Shown here: positions 1 to 8,260 of the stretch, in pieces
How positions within the stretch are numbered: the stretch's first letter is position 1
Layout of the letters: each line of letters opens with the position of its first letter
From: Bordetella parapertussis
GTDB lineage: Bacteria; Pseudomonadota; Gammaproteobacteria; Burkholderiales; SG8-39
Length of the DNA: 64,000 nucleotides
Reading direction: 5' to 3'
NCBI GenBank assembly: GCA_945892985.1
Contig: CAMDDU010000001.1
Coordinates: 75,960 to 139,959 of the forward strand
Translations under genes and position numbers: made by a program
Notes under the pieces: model-generated
What the model saw: the letters and a program-made list of their open reading frames with translations, nothing else
Databases searched by the model: none
What the model was told of the DNA's origin: nothing

Positions 1-98
1 GCGGCACGACAGAAAGCCAGATCCATTTCGTTGCAGACCTGCTGCAACCCGTTTTGAATGACGACAAGCGTGATTGGATCAATGACGGATCTGGCCAT
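1..98 (-). CDS. Hydantoinase B/oxoprolinase family protein (HyuB-like), first 32 codons only; the gene continues past the left edge
   Basis: My minus-strand translation from ATG 98..96 gives MARSVIDPITLVVIQNGLQQVCNEMDLAFCRA. This fits the DPITLE..N.L....EM N-terminus typical of HyuB subunits. It starts 2 nt after the stop of ORF 101..745. It is absent from the ORF track because it has no stop inside the window. Confidence 0.6.
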   Translation of the reverse strand, partial: MARSVIDPITLVVIQNGLQQVCNEMDLAFCRA

Positions 99-100
99 GC

Positions 101-745
101 TCATGCTCCGTAAGCATCGTAACAACGAAAAAACCAGTCGCTGCCGGCGGTGAGGCCGATCATGCGTTGCGACCAGGGTGTGCCGACAGCCTCCTGCCAT
201 GGCGCGCTTCGGGTGACGTCGGCCTGCGATAACTCGTAGAGCGCAATGTGGCGGGGCTTTCCTGCAGGGGAAAAAAACCGCCGCGCGCGCAGCACGCCAG
301 GCACCTTTTCCAACATCGGGACGTGCTCTTCGTCATACCATTTATTGAACTCAAGCTCGTGCTCAGCGGGTGTATCGCCAATCGCCACCATAAGCGCCCT
401 GGCCTCCGGCGCCGGCAATGCGTCCCCGGGCAGCGTCTGGCTTGCCGCCCAGCGTCGAGACAGCAACGCTTTGGCAAGGCAACGCTTGCTCCAAGGCGTG
501 AAATGTTCGCCGGCATGCGCAAGATATTCGGGGGCTGTCAGCACATCAGTGCCGGTCAGCTCGTAGGTCGCCAGATACTTGCCGCTGCCAGGCTTGGCCC
601 TGGGATAAACCCAACGTCGCGCCGAGATGAATCCCGGTATGGCCAGGCGCTCCACGATGTGTTCGGTGTCATACCAGGCGTTGAATTCCTCCTCCATCGC
701 CTGGGTGGGCTCGGTCATGGTCAGCAATAGTCCCAGTTGCTTCAT
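101..745 (-). CDS. Internally duplicated small protein, probably two EthD/DUF4286-like ferredoxin-fold (dimeric alpha/beta barrel) domains, sitting between hyuA and hyuB
   Basis: 214 aa. The two halves share the motifs EEEFNAWYDTEHIVERLAIPGFISARRW and ELEFNKWYDEEHVPMLEKVPGVLRARRF. There is an ATGA start/stop overlap with hyuA. The fold assignment is from memory of the motif only. Confidence 0.6.
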   Translation of the reverse strand: MKQLGLLLTMTEPTQAMEEEFNAWYDTEHIVERLAIPGFISARRWVYPRAKPGSGKYLATYELTGTDVLTAPEYLAHAGEHFTPWSKRCLAKALLSRRWAASQTLPGDALPAPEARALMVAIGDTPAEHELEFNKWYDEEHVPMLEKVPGVLRARRFFSPAGKPRHIALYELSQADVTRSAPWQEAVGTPWSQRMIGLTAGSDWFFRCYDAYGA

Positions 746-2781
746 AGCGTCACTTTCAAAATCAGGTTACCGAGTTTGTCCACGGTGACGGTATTGCCAG
801 GTTCGACCACGATCGTGCTGTCAAGTTGCTCAACGATTGCCGGTCCGTTGAAGTTTGCCTCCACCGGAAGGTATTCGCGCCGGTACACCGGCGTGTCGAC
901 CCAGCCGCCTTGTTCGAACCACACTTGGCGACGCTCCACTTCAGCATCCTTTACCGTGTTGCGCGGCTCGCCTTTGGAGAGATCGAGCAGCGACACCGGA
1001 CGTCGCTTGCCGATGACCGCCGTATGCAGGTTGACCAAAACAGGCCGAATCTCTTTGAGTTCGACGCCAAAACGTGTCCAGTAAGCGGCCTCGAACAGCT
1101 TGTGCAATTGCTCGCGAGTGATGTCCAGTTCCGGCAGGGCGACCGAGAGAATGTGACTCTGGCCCTGGAACTGCATGTCGGCCCGATGCAGCGTTTCGAA
1201 ACCCTCCACCTGCACGCGCTCCCGCGCGACGGTGGCCTTACCCTCGACGATCTGCCCTTCTAGAATAGTCCCTATTGTTTCGGACTCCACTTCGCCCAGC
1301 GGTTTGTTTATGGTGCGGACAAAATCGTGACGCACACTGGCGGCAACGCAGCCTAGGGCATTGGTCAGGCCTGGACGCGCCGGAATCAGCACGCGGGGGA
1401 TAGATAATTCCCGCGCCAATGCCGCCGCGTGCAAGGGACCTGCACCGCCAAAGGCGAACAGCGCGAAATCGCGCGGGTCGTGCCCGCGTGCCAGGCTGAC
1501 CATGCGTATGGCCCCCGCCATACGGTCGTTGGCAATGCGCAGGATGGCGGCGGCGGCCTTGTCCGGCTGCAAACCCAGCGGCTTGCCGACGTAGAGTTCA
1601 ATCTGCCGCCTGACATAGTCAATCGACACCGGACTTTCCACCGCCAGCAGTTTTTTCGGATTGAGCCGCCCCAGCACCAGGTTGGCATCGGTGATGGTCG
1701 GACGCTCGCCGCCACGCGCGTAGCAAATCGGCCCCGGTGTCGCGCCTGCGCTCTCGGGCCCGACGCGCAGCATGCCCGCCGCGTCGACATGCGCGAGCGA
1801 CCCGCCACCCGCGCCTATGGTGTGCACATCGACCATGGGCACATGGATGGGCATCGCGTATTCGAGCTCAAGCTCGGTGGAAACCTGCGGCATGCCGCCC
1901 TGAATCAGCGCCACATCGCTGGAGGTGCCGCCCATGTCATAGGTGACAACGTTGGGAAAACCGGCCTGGCTCGCCGTGTAGGCGGCGGCAATCACCCCGG
2001 ATGCGGGCCCGGACATCACGGTATTGACCGCGACCTCCGCGACGATGCTCGATGCGACCGTGCCGCCATTACCCTGCATCACCAGCAGCTCGCTGCCGAA
2101 GCCCTTGGATGCGAGTTCGTTCTGAAGCCGCTCGATGTAACGCGACAAGACAGGCTGGATCGCCGCGTTGACCGTTGCCGTCACCCCCCGTTCGTATTCG
2201 CGGTACTCGGAAATGATGGCGTGGCCTGCGGTGACGTAAGGATTGGGCCACAGGCTGCGCACGATTTCAGCAGCGCGTTTCTCGTGCGCGGAATTGATGT
2301 AGCTGTGCAGAAAATGGATGACCACTGATTCGGCGCCCAGGGCGATAAGCTTTTTCGCCGCCTCGGCCACTTCTGCTTCCTCTAGCGCGGTCACCACTTC
2401 GCCGTCGCAGTCCATGCGTTCGGTCACTTCAAGGCGCAGCTCGCGCGGGATCAAGGGCACGAACCTGCCGGTCAGTCCGTAGGCGGTGGGGCGTGTGCGC
2501 CTTCCCAGTTCCAGCACGTCACGAAAACCGCGCGTGGTGATGAGTCCCACCTTGGCGATCTTGCGCTCCAGCATGGCGTTGGTCGTGGTGGTGGTGCCAT
2601 GCACGATGGCCGACAGCTCGGCCAGGGTGGCGCCGGTCTGCTCCAGCGCGGCCATTACGCCGAAGGCCTGGTTGTCCGCCGTGGTCGGTACCTTGGCCAG
2701 GCGCACTTCGCCGGTGACTTCGTCAATGAGGATGAGGTCGGTAAAGGTGCCACCCACATCAATACCCGCTATTTTTGCCAT
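742..2781 (-). CDS. hyuA: Hydantoinase/oxoprolinase A family protein (N-methylhydantoinase A / acetone carboxylase beta-like)
   Basis: 679 aa. The N-terminus MAKIAGIDVGGTFTDLILID is the actin-like ATPase motif of the family. Length and internal GGTSSD-type motifs fit HyuA. Confidence 0.88.
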   Translation of the reverse strand: MAKIAGIDVGGTFTDLILIDEVTGEVRLAKVPTTADNQAFGVMAALEQTGATLAELSAIVHGTTTTTNAMLERKIAKVGLITTRGFRDVLELGRRTRPTAYGLTGRFVPLIPRELRLEVTERMDCDGEVVTALEEAEVAEAAKKLIALGAESVVIHFLHSYINSAHEKRAAEIVRSLWPNPYVTAGHAIISEYREYERGVTATVNAAIQPVLSRYIERLQNELASKGFGSELLVMQGNGGTVASSIVAEVAVNTVMSGPASGVIAAAYTASQAGFPNVVTYDMGGTSSDVALIQGGMPQVSTELELEYAMPIHVPMVDVHTIGAGGGSLAHVDAAGMLRVGPESAGATPGPICYARGGERPTITDANLVLGRLNPKKLLAVESPVSIDYVRRQIELYVGKPLGLQPDKAAAAILRIANDRMAGAIRMVSLARGHDPRDFALFAFGGAGPLHAAALARELSIPRVLIPARPGLTNALGCVAASVRHDFVRTINKPLGEVESETIGTILEGQIVEGKATVARERVQVEGFETLHRADMQFQGQSHILSVALPELDITREQLHKLFEAAYWTRFGVELKEIRPVLVNLHTAVIGKRRPVSLLDLSKGEPRNTVKDAEVERRQVWFEQGGWVDTPVYRREYLPVEANFNGPAIVEQLDSTIVVEPGNTVTVDKLGNLILKVTL

Positions 2782-2790
2782 GATTCGTCT

Positions 2791-3492
2791 TTACAGTGCG
2801 AGGTAGGTGGCGCGCACCTCCTCGTTGGCGTTGAGTTCGGCAATAGTGCCGGAAAAACGAATGCGGCCTTTTTCTATGATGTAGGCGCGGTCGGACACCT
2901 CAGTGGCGAAATGCAGGTTTTGCTCCGACAGCAGCACCGACACGCCTTCACGCTTGAGTTCGCCTATGGCGGCGGCCATCTGGTCGACGATCACCGGCGC
3001 AAGCCCCTCAGAGGGTTCGTCCAGCAGTATGCACAGCGGGTTGCCCATCAAGGTGCGCGCAATGGTCAGCATTTGCTGCTCCCCCCCCGACATGCGGCCG
3101 CCGGGACGGTCTTTCATTTCACCGAGATTGGGAAACAGGCGGAACAGCTTTTGCGCGGTCCACTCGGGCACACCGGCACGCTTGGGCTGGCGGCCGACCT
3201 CGAGGTTCTCCATCACCGTGAGGTCGGTGAAAATGCGCCGGTCCTCGGGCACATAGCCCAGGCCCGTCTTGGCGATCTGGAAGGGCGCGAGGCCACCTAT
3301 CGATTGGCCCATGAAGCTGACCGTGCCGGAACGCGCCGGTGCCAGCCCCATGATGGATTTCATCGTCGTCGATTTGCCCGCGCCATTGCGCCCGAGCAAC
3401 ACCACCACTTCGCCGCGCCCGACTTCAAGTCCGACGTCGGACAGGATGTGCGCCTGGCCGTAATAGGTATTGAGTCCGGCGGCCTTGAGCAT
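2791..3492 (-). CDS. Branched-chain-amino-acid-type ABC transporter ATP-binding protein (LivF-like)
   Basis: 233 aa with Walker A GRNGAGKST, signature SGGEQQML and Walker B ILLDEPSEGL. The start shares one nt with the LivG-like stop (TGATG). Confidence 0.9.
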   Translation of the reverse strand: MLKAAGLNTYYGQAHILSDVGLEVGRGEVVVLLGRNGAGKSTTMKSIMGLAPARSGTVSFMGQSIGGLAPFQIAKTGLGYVPEDRRIFTDLTVMENLEVGRQPKRAGVPEWTAQKLFRLFPNLGEMKDRPGGRMSGGEQQMLTIARTLMGNPLCILLDEPSEGLAPVIVDQMAAAIGELKREGVSVLLSEQNLHFATEVSDRAYIIEKGRIRFSGTIAELNANEEVRATYLAL

Positions 3493-4283
3493 CAGTGCCT
3501 CGACCCCAGATAGACCTGCTGCACCTGGGCATTGCCGCGCACCTCGGCCGGGGTGCCGGCGGCGATCAGGCGGCCGCGATTGAGGACGATCAGGCGGTCG
3601 GCGTGGGCGAACACCACATCCATATCGTGTTCGGTAAATAGTACGGCAATACCGCGCTCGCGCACGATTTCCGCGGTCAGGGCCATCAGCGCAATGCGCT
3701 CCTGCGGTGCCATGCCGGCGGTCGGTTCATCCATTAATAGCAGGCGCGGCTCATTGGCCAGCGCCACGGCGAGTTCAACCCGCTTGAGATCGCCGTAGGC
3801 AAGAATGGAACAGGGACGCTCGGCCTGCTCGAGCATACCGACGCGCGACAGCAGCTTGTCTGCTGCGTCGCGATACATCTCTGCCGCCCGTTTCCAGAAA
3901 TTGGCCAGGCGCCGGTGATACGACAACAAGGCCATTTGCACGTTCTCGCGCACCGTCATCGACGGGAAGGTCGCGGTGATCTGGAAGGTGCGGCCCACGC
4001 CCATGCGCCAGACTTCGCGCGGTTTTTTTCCCACCACCTCGACACCGTCGATTTTCACGCTGCCCGAGTCCGGTGCGAGCTGGCCGTTGAGCATGTTGAA
4101 GCAAGTGGTCTTGCCGGCACCGTTAGGGCCGATCAGAGCCAGCAGCGTGCCCGGCTCGACGCTGAAACTCACCCCCTGCACCGCCTGCACGCCACCAAAG
4201 GACTTTTTCAAGTCCTGCACGGCCAGAACGTTCAGGCGTTCTCCTTGTGGTGCGCTCAGGCGTTCTCCTTGTGGCGCGCTCAC
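3492..4283 (-). CDS. Branched-chain-amino-acid-type ABC transporter ATP-binding protein (LivG-like)
   Basis: Walker A GPNGAGKTT, Walker B LLLMDEPTAGM, and LKKSFGG near the N-terminus. I chose the GTG start at 4283..4281, which makes a GTGA overlap with the permease stop. The 370-aa track ORF (to 4604) runs upstream inside the permease gene and is not credible. The exact start is uncertain because of the 24-bp duplication. Confidence 0.85.
   Translation of the reverse strand: MSAPQGERLSAPQGERLNVLAVQDLKKSFGGVQAVQGVSFSVEPGTLLALIGPNGAGKTTCFNMLNGQLAPDSGSVKIDGVEVVGKKPREVWRMGVGRTFQITATFPSMTVRENVQMALLSYHRRLANFWKRAAEMYRDAADKLLSRVGMLEQAERPCSILAYGDLKRVELAVALANEPRLLLMDEPTAGMAPQERIALMALTAEIVRERGIAVLFTEHDMDVVFAHADRLIVLNRGRLIAAGTPAEVRGNAQVQQVYLGSRH
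4232..4279. repeat. Tandem 24-bp direct duplication (one mismatch) at the permease/LivG-like junction
   Basis: tcaggcgttctccttgtggTgcgc followed by tcaggcgttctccttgtggCgcgc, read directly. It encodes SAPQGERL twice in the LivG-like frame. Each unit carries AAGGAG and TGA on the coding strand. Confidence 0.9.
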
Positions 4284-6157
4284 GTGTCCTCCCGGCGAGT
4301 AAAACGCGAGCGGATGAAGCCGACGATGCCTTGCGGGAAGGCCAGCACCAGCACGATGATGGTCATGCCAAGCAATGCGCGCCAGTAATCGGTGTTGCGC
4401 GCGATGGTGTCCTGCAGCCATGTGAACACCACGGCGCCCACCACCGGTCCGGACAAGGTCTGCACGCCGCCTAGCAATACCATCACCAGGCCGTCGACCG
4501 AGCGCGCAATGCTCATGACATCGGGGGAAATGCTGCCCTTGGAATACGCATACACGGCGCCGGCAAGGCCGCCGAACATGCCGACCACGACAAAGGCGCT
4601 CCACTGCAGGCGCGCGAGATCCATGCCTATGGCGTCGCAGCGCAGTGGCGAATCACGACCGGCGCGCAGCGCATAGCCCCAGGGTGAGAACAGCATGTGC
4701 CTCAACATCCAGATGCCGGCGCCGCACAGCACCAACGCGAGGTAGTAAAACGCCGTCTTGCCCGACAGCCACGCCGCCGGCCAGATACCCACCAGGCCGT
4801 TGGACCCGCCGGTGAATTCGTCCCATTGGAACATCACCGACCAGGCAATCTGCGCGAACGCCAGGGTCAGCATGGCAAGATAGACCCCGGACAGGCGCAC
4901 ACAAAACCAGCCGAATACCAAGGCTCCGACCCCGGCCAGCAAAGGCGCGGCGAGCAGCGAAACTTCCATCGGCGCGCCGGCGTTCTTGAGCAGCAGCCCG
5001 GCGCCGTAGGCCCCGAGGCCCATGTATGCGGCGTGACCGAAGGAAACCATGCCGGCCGGCCCCATCATGAAATGCAGGCTGGCGGCAAACAAGGCGAACA
5101 CCAGGATGTCTATGCCCAGAATGACCGTGTAGGGCGTCGAAATAAAAGGCAAGGCAAGCAGCAGCGTAAGCAAGGCCCAGGCGCCGCGTTGCAATTTCGG
5201 GCCGGCCGGACGCAGCGGCGGCTCAACATGAGCGCTGGAAACATGCGCCACCGATTGCGGCCGGCCGAGCAGCCCCCAGGGTCGCACGATCAGGACCACG
5301 GCCATGACAAGAAATTCCACCACCAGCGTCAACTTGGACAGCGAAATCACCGTGCCAAACAGCGTCACCTGCCCGATGCCATAGCACAAGGCCTTGATTT
5401 CGGAGATGAGCAAGGCGGCGAGAAACGCCCCCGGAATACTGCCCATGCCACCGATCACCACCACGACAAAGGCATCTGAAATAGTGGTCAGGTCGAGGAA
5501 CAATTGTGCCGGTTCACGCGGAATCTGCAGCGCGCCGCCCAGGCCCGCCAGTAAGGAACCGAGGGCAAACACACCGGTGAACAGCCACTTCTGGTTCACG
5601 CCGAGCGCACCCACCATGTCGCGATCCTGCGTCGCCGCCCGCACCAGCGTGCCCCAGCGCGTGCGATTGAGCAGCAGCCAGAGCAGGCCCAGCACCGCCG
5701 GTCCGATGAATATGAGCAGCAAATCGTACTCGGGCAGCGGCTTGCCCAGCACGTCTATCGAACTGCCCAGGCCGGGGGCGCGCGGCCCGAGCAAGTCCTC
5801 GGCGCCCCAAATCCACAGCGCGGCGTCCTTGATCACCAGCGTCAGCCCAAAGGTGGCCAGTAGCTGGAACAGTTCGGGCGCATGGTAGATGCGCCGCAAC
5901 AACACCATCTCGATCAGCGCGCCAAGCAGGCCCACCGCCAGCGCCGCCAGAGCGATGCCGGTCCAGAAGCCCAGCGCCCCGCCGCCCAGTTTGGCGATCA
6001 GGCTGTAGGCGATATAAATGCCCACCATGTACAAGGACCCGTGGGCGAAATTGACAATGCGCGTAACGCCAAAAATAAGCGACAGGCCGGCCGCCACCAG
6101 GAACAGCGTGGAGGCGCCGGCAAGGCCGTTGAGGAACTGGATGACAAAACTGGACAT
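4280..6157 (-). CDS. Fused LivH-LivM type ABC permease in a single polypeptide
   Basis: 625 aa. The N-terminal half (FLNGLAGASTLFLVAAGLSLIFGVTRIVNFAHGSLYMVG) is LivH-like. The C-terminal half (MMGPAGMVSFGHAAYMGLGAYGAGLL) is LivM-like. It is hydrophobic throughout. Confidence 0.88.
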   Translation of the reverse strand: MSSFVIQFLNGLAGASTLFLVAAGLSLIFGVTRIVNFAHGSLYMVGIYIAYSLIAKLGGGALGFWTGIALAALAVGLLGALIEMVLLRRIYHAPELFQLLATFGLTLVIKDAALWIWGAEDLLGPRAPGLGSSIDVLGKPLPEYDLLLIFIGPAVLGLLWLLLNRTRWGTLVRAATQDRDMVGALGVNQKWLFTGVFALGSLLAGLGGALQIPREPAQLFLDLTTISDAFVVVVIGGMGSIPGAFLAALLISEIKALCYGIGQVTLFGTVISLSKLTLVVEFLVMAVVLIVRPWGLLGRPQSVAHVSSAHVEPPLRPAGPKLQRGAWALLTLLLALPFISTPYTVILGIDILVFALFAASLHFMMGPAGMVSFGHAAYMGLGAYGAGLLLKNAGAPMEVSLLAAPLLAGVGALVFGWFCVRLSGVYLAMLTLAFAQIAWSVMFQWDEFTGGSNGLVGIWPAAWLSGKTAFYYLALVLCGAGIWMLRHMLFSPWGYALRAGRDSPLRCDAIGMDLARLQWSAFVVVGMFGGLAGAVYAYSKGSISPDVMSIARSVDGLVMVLLGGVQTLSGPVVGAVVFTWLQDTIARNTDYWRALLGMTIIVLVLAFPQGIVGFIRSRFTRREDT

Positions 6158-6258
6158 GGATTCAGGGCAAAAAGAAACCGCGGCATAACGCTTCGAACCG
6201 AGCTTGCAAATCTCGCATCCGTGCTATCCGCGTTACGCTGCGGTGGTCTGTGCCTCGG

Positions 6259-7470
6259 TCAGTTTGCCGGCCGCATCTTTTTTACGTCGGCATCGCTGGG
6301 CAGGAATTTCGCGCCGTCCTGGTAGGACCACCCCGGCAACATCACGCCCTTGCCGTCTTTTTTACCGATGCGCCCGACATACGCGCCCATGGTGGACTGG
6401 TTGTCCTGGGTGCGGTAGGTCACCTTGCCAAAGGGCGTATCGACCTGCAGGCCCTGCATCGCGGCAAGCAGTTTCTCGGTGTCGACGCTGCCGGCCTTGC
6501 GCAGGACGGCGGCGGCCGACATCACCGTGGCATAGCCGACTATGGAACCGAGGCGCGGATAATCGTTGAATTTCTTCTGGTAGGCATCGAGAAACTTCTT
6601 GTGCTCGGGCGTCTTGATTTCGGACCACGGGTAACCGGTGACATACCAGCCTTCTGGCGTGTCGTCCTTGAGCGGATCGAGGTACTCTGGTTCGCCGGCC
6701 AGAAGGTTGAACACCGCGGTGTTCTTGAACAGGCCGCGCACGTTGATTTCACGCGCGAACTTGGACAGGTCGCCGCCGAACAACGATGAGAAAATGGCGT
6801 CCGGCTTGGCATCTGCCAGCGCCTGGGCCACCGCACCTGCGTCGATCTTGCCCAGTGTGACGGCCTGCTCGCTGACAAACTCCACGTCCGGCTGGGCTTT
6901 TTTCAACAGTTCCTTAAACGCCGCCGTCGCCGACTGGCCGTATTCATAGTTCGGGTAAATGATCGCCCAGCGCTTTTTCTTCAGCTTGGCCGCCTCGGGG
7001 ATCAGCATCGCCGTCTGCATGTAGGTCGATGCACGCAGGCGGTAGGTGTAGCGGTTGCCGTTTTGCCAGACGATCTTGTCGGTCAGCGGTTCTGCGGCGA
7101 TGAACAGCACTTTTTTCTGCTTGGCAAAATCGGCGACGGCAAGACCGATGTTGGACGGGAAGGTACCGATGAGGAACTGCACGTTCTCGCGTGACAGCAG
7201 TTCTTCGGCGACGCGGACGGCGTCGCCGGTGGTGCCGTTGTCATCGCGGGAAATCACTTCGATCTTGCGTCCGAACACGCCGCCGGCGGCGTTGACCTCA
7301 TCAACAGCAAGATCGATACCACGCTTGTAGGGCTCAAGGAAAGCCGGGAACACCTTGTAGCTGTTGAGTTCACCGATCTTGATCGTACCCTGGGCCGCAA
7401 CCGGCGCGGCGAGGCCGGCCGAAATGGCGAGCATGGCTGCTGTTGCGAGAAACTGCTTGCGTGCTGTCAT
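6259..7470 (-). CDS. Periplasmic substrate-binding protein, type I PBP (LivK/amide-binding family); ligand unknown
   Basis: 403 aa with signal peptide MTARKQFLATAAMLAISAGLAAPVAAQG followed by TIKIGELNS, which is typical of Leu/Ile/Val-binding family proteins. Confidence 0.85.
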   Translation of the reverse strand: MTARKQFLATAAMLAISAGLAAPVAAQGTIKIGELNSYKVFPAFLEPYKRGIDLAVDEVNAAGGVFGRKIEVISRDDNGTTGDAVRVAEELLSRENVQFLIGTFPSNIGLAVADFAKQKKVLFIAAEPLTDKIVWQNGNRYTYRLRASTYMQTAMLIPEAAKLKKKRWAIIYPNYEYGQSATAAFKELLKKAQPDVEFVSEQAVTLGKIDAGAVAQALADAKPDAIFSSLFGGDLSKFAREINVRGLFKNTAVFNLLAGEPEYLDPLKDDTPEGWYVTGYPWSEIKTPEHKKFLDAYQKKFNDYPRLGSIVGYATVMSAAAVLRKAGSVDTEKLLAAMQGLQVDTPFGKVTYRTQDNQSTMGAYVGRIGKKDGKGVMLPGWSYQDGAKFLPSDADVKKMRPAN

Positions 7471-7558
7471 AGCTACTCTCCCGAAAATGAAACTGCTGAT
7501 ATTGATCTAACAGGAAGCAAAAACCGCGGACAAGGACCGCCGACTTTGCAGGCCATCC

Positions 7559-8239
7559 TCATTTTTGTCCGTCACCCACCTTGATTTCTGAGACCTTCAT
7601 GCCGCCAACGCGCGCATGTACGCGCGGGCCGGTGGTCATCGCCAGAATATACACAATTTCATCCGGCCGGGGCGCGTCCGGAACACCCATCTCCACCGAG
7701 TCAAAATGGCTGCGCACATAGGCGGCTTCGCGATGGTGGATGGGAATGTCTATGCGCGTGCCGGCAGCCCCGACCTTGCCCGCCGACGGAACAATAGCCT
7801 TCGAGTTGTCGAGCAGTTCCCTCATGCCATAGCCGCCAGGTACATGCCAGAGCGCGCAGTGTTCGGTCTCACCGGCCGTGCCGACAATGGCGCCTTTGCC
7901 ATAGGCCTCGATCTTTTTCGCTCCGCCCAGCGCGGCGATCAGGCGTGCCGCCATATCCAATCCCAGCGGTTTCATCGCTTCCATCAGTGGCATGATGTCG
8001 TCAACATAGCCGCCCGCGTACGGATTCTTGATCACTACGGCAATCGCGCCGCGACGGTGCGGTGTTTTCGCCACCGGTCCGCCTTCGTGGCTGATGTCCT
8101 CGACCATCAGTACTATCTTGCGAATCTCAACTTTGGGTGCCTTGCTTGCCCCGGCGGCCTTGCCGGCCTTGGACACCTTTGACGCCTTGGAGACCTTAAG
8201 GCCCTTGACCGCGTTTTTCGACTTCGCTTTACCCGCCAT
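7559..8239 (-). CDS. Amino acid synthesis family protein (DUF1185 / AA_synth) with an N-terminal Lys/Ala-rich extension of about 36 aa
   Basis: 226 aa. The core (IRKIV..VEDISHEGG, NPYAGGYV, YGKGAIVGTAGETEHCALWH, VRSHFD, DAPRPDEI) matches my memory of PF06684 proteins. A strong SD (GGGAGG) lies 6 nt before ATG 8239, so the tail is likely translated. Confidence 0.8.
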   Translation of the reverse strand: MAGKAKSKNAVKGLKVSKASKVSKAGKAAGASKAPKVEIRKIVLMVEDISHEGGPVAKTPHRRGAIAVVIKNPYAGGYVDDIMPLMEAMKPLGLDMAARLIAALGGAKKIEAYGKGAIVGTAGETEHCALWHVPGGYGMRELLDNSKAIVPSAGKVGAAGTRIDIPIHHREAAYVRSHFDSVEMGVPDAPRPDEIVYILAMTTGPRVHARVGGMKVSEIKVGDGQK

Positions 8240-8260
8240 TGCCGCCTCCCTGATTCATGT

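Noticed and set aside
4284-4604. N-terminal extension of the LivG-like ORF (370-aa track ORF)
   Set aside because: It overlaps the 3' end of the permease gene and has no ABC-ATPase similarity. GTG 4283 gives a normal-length protein with GTGA coupling.
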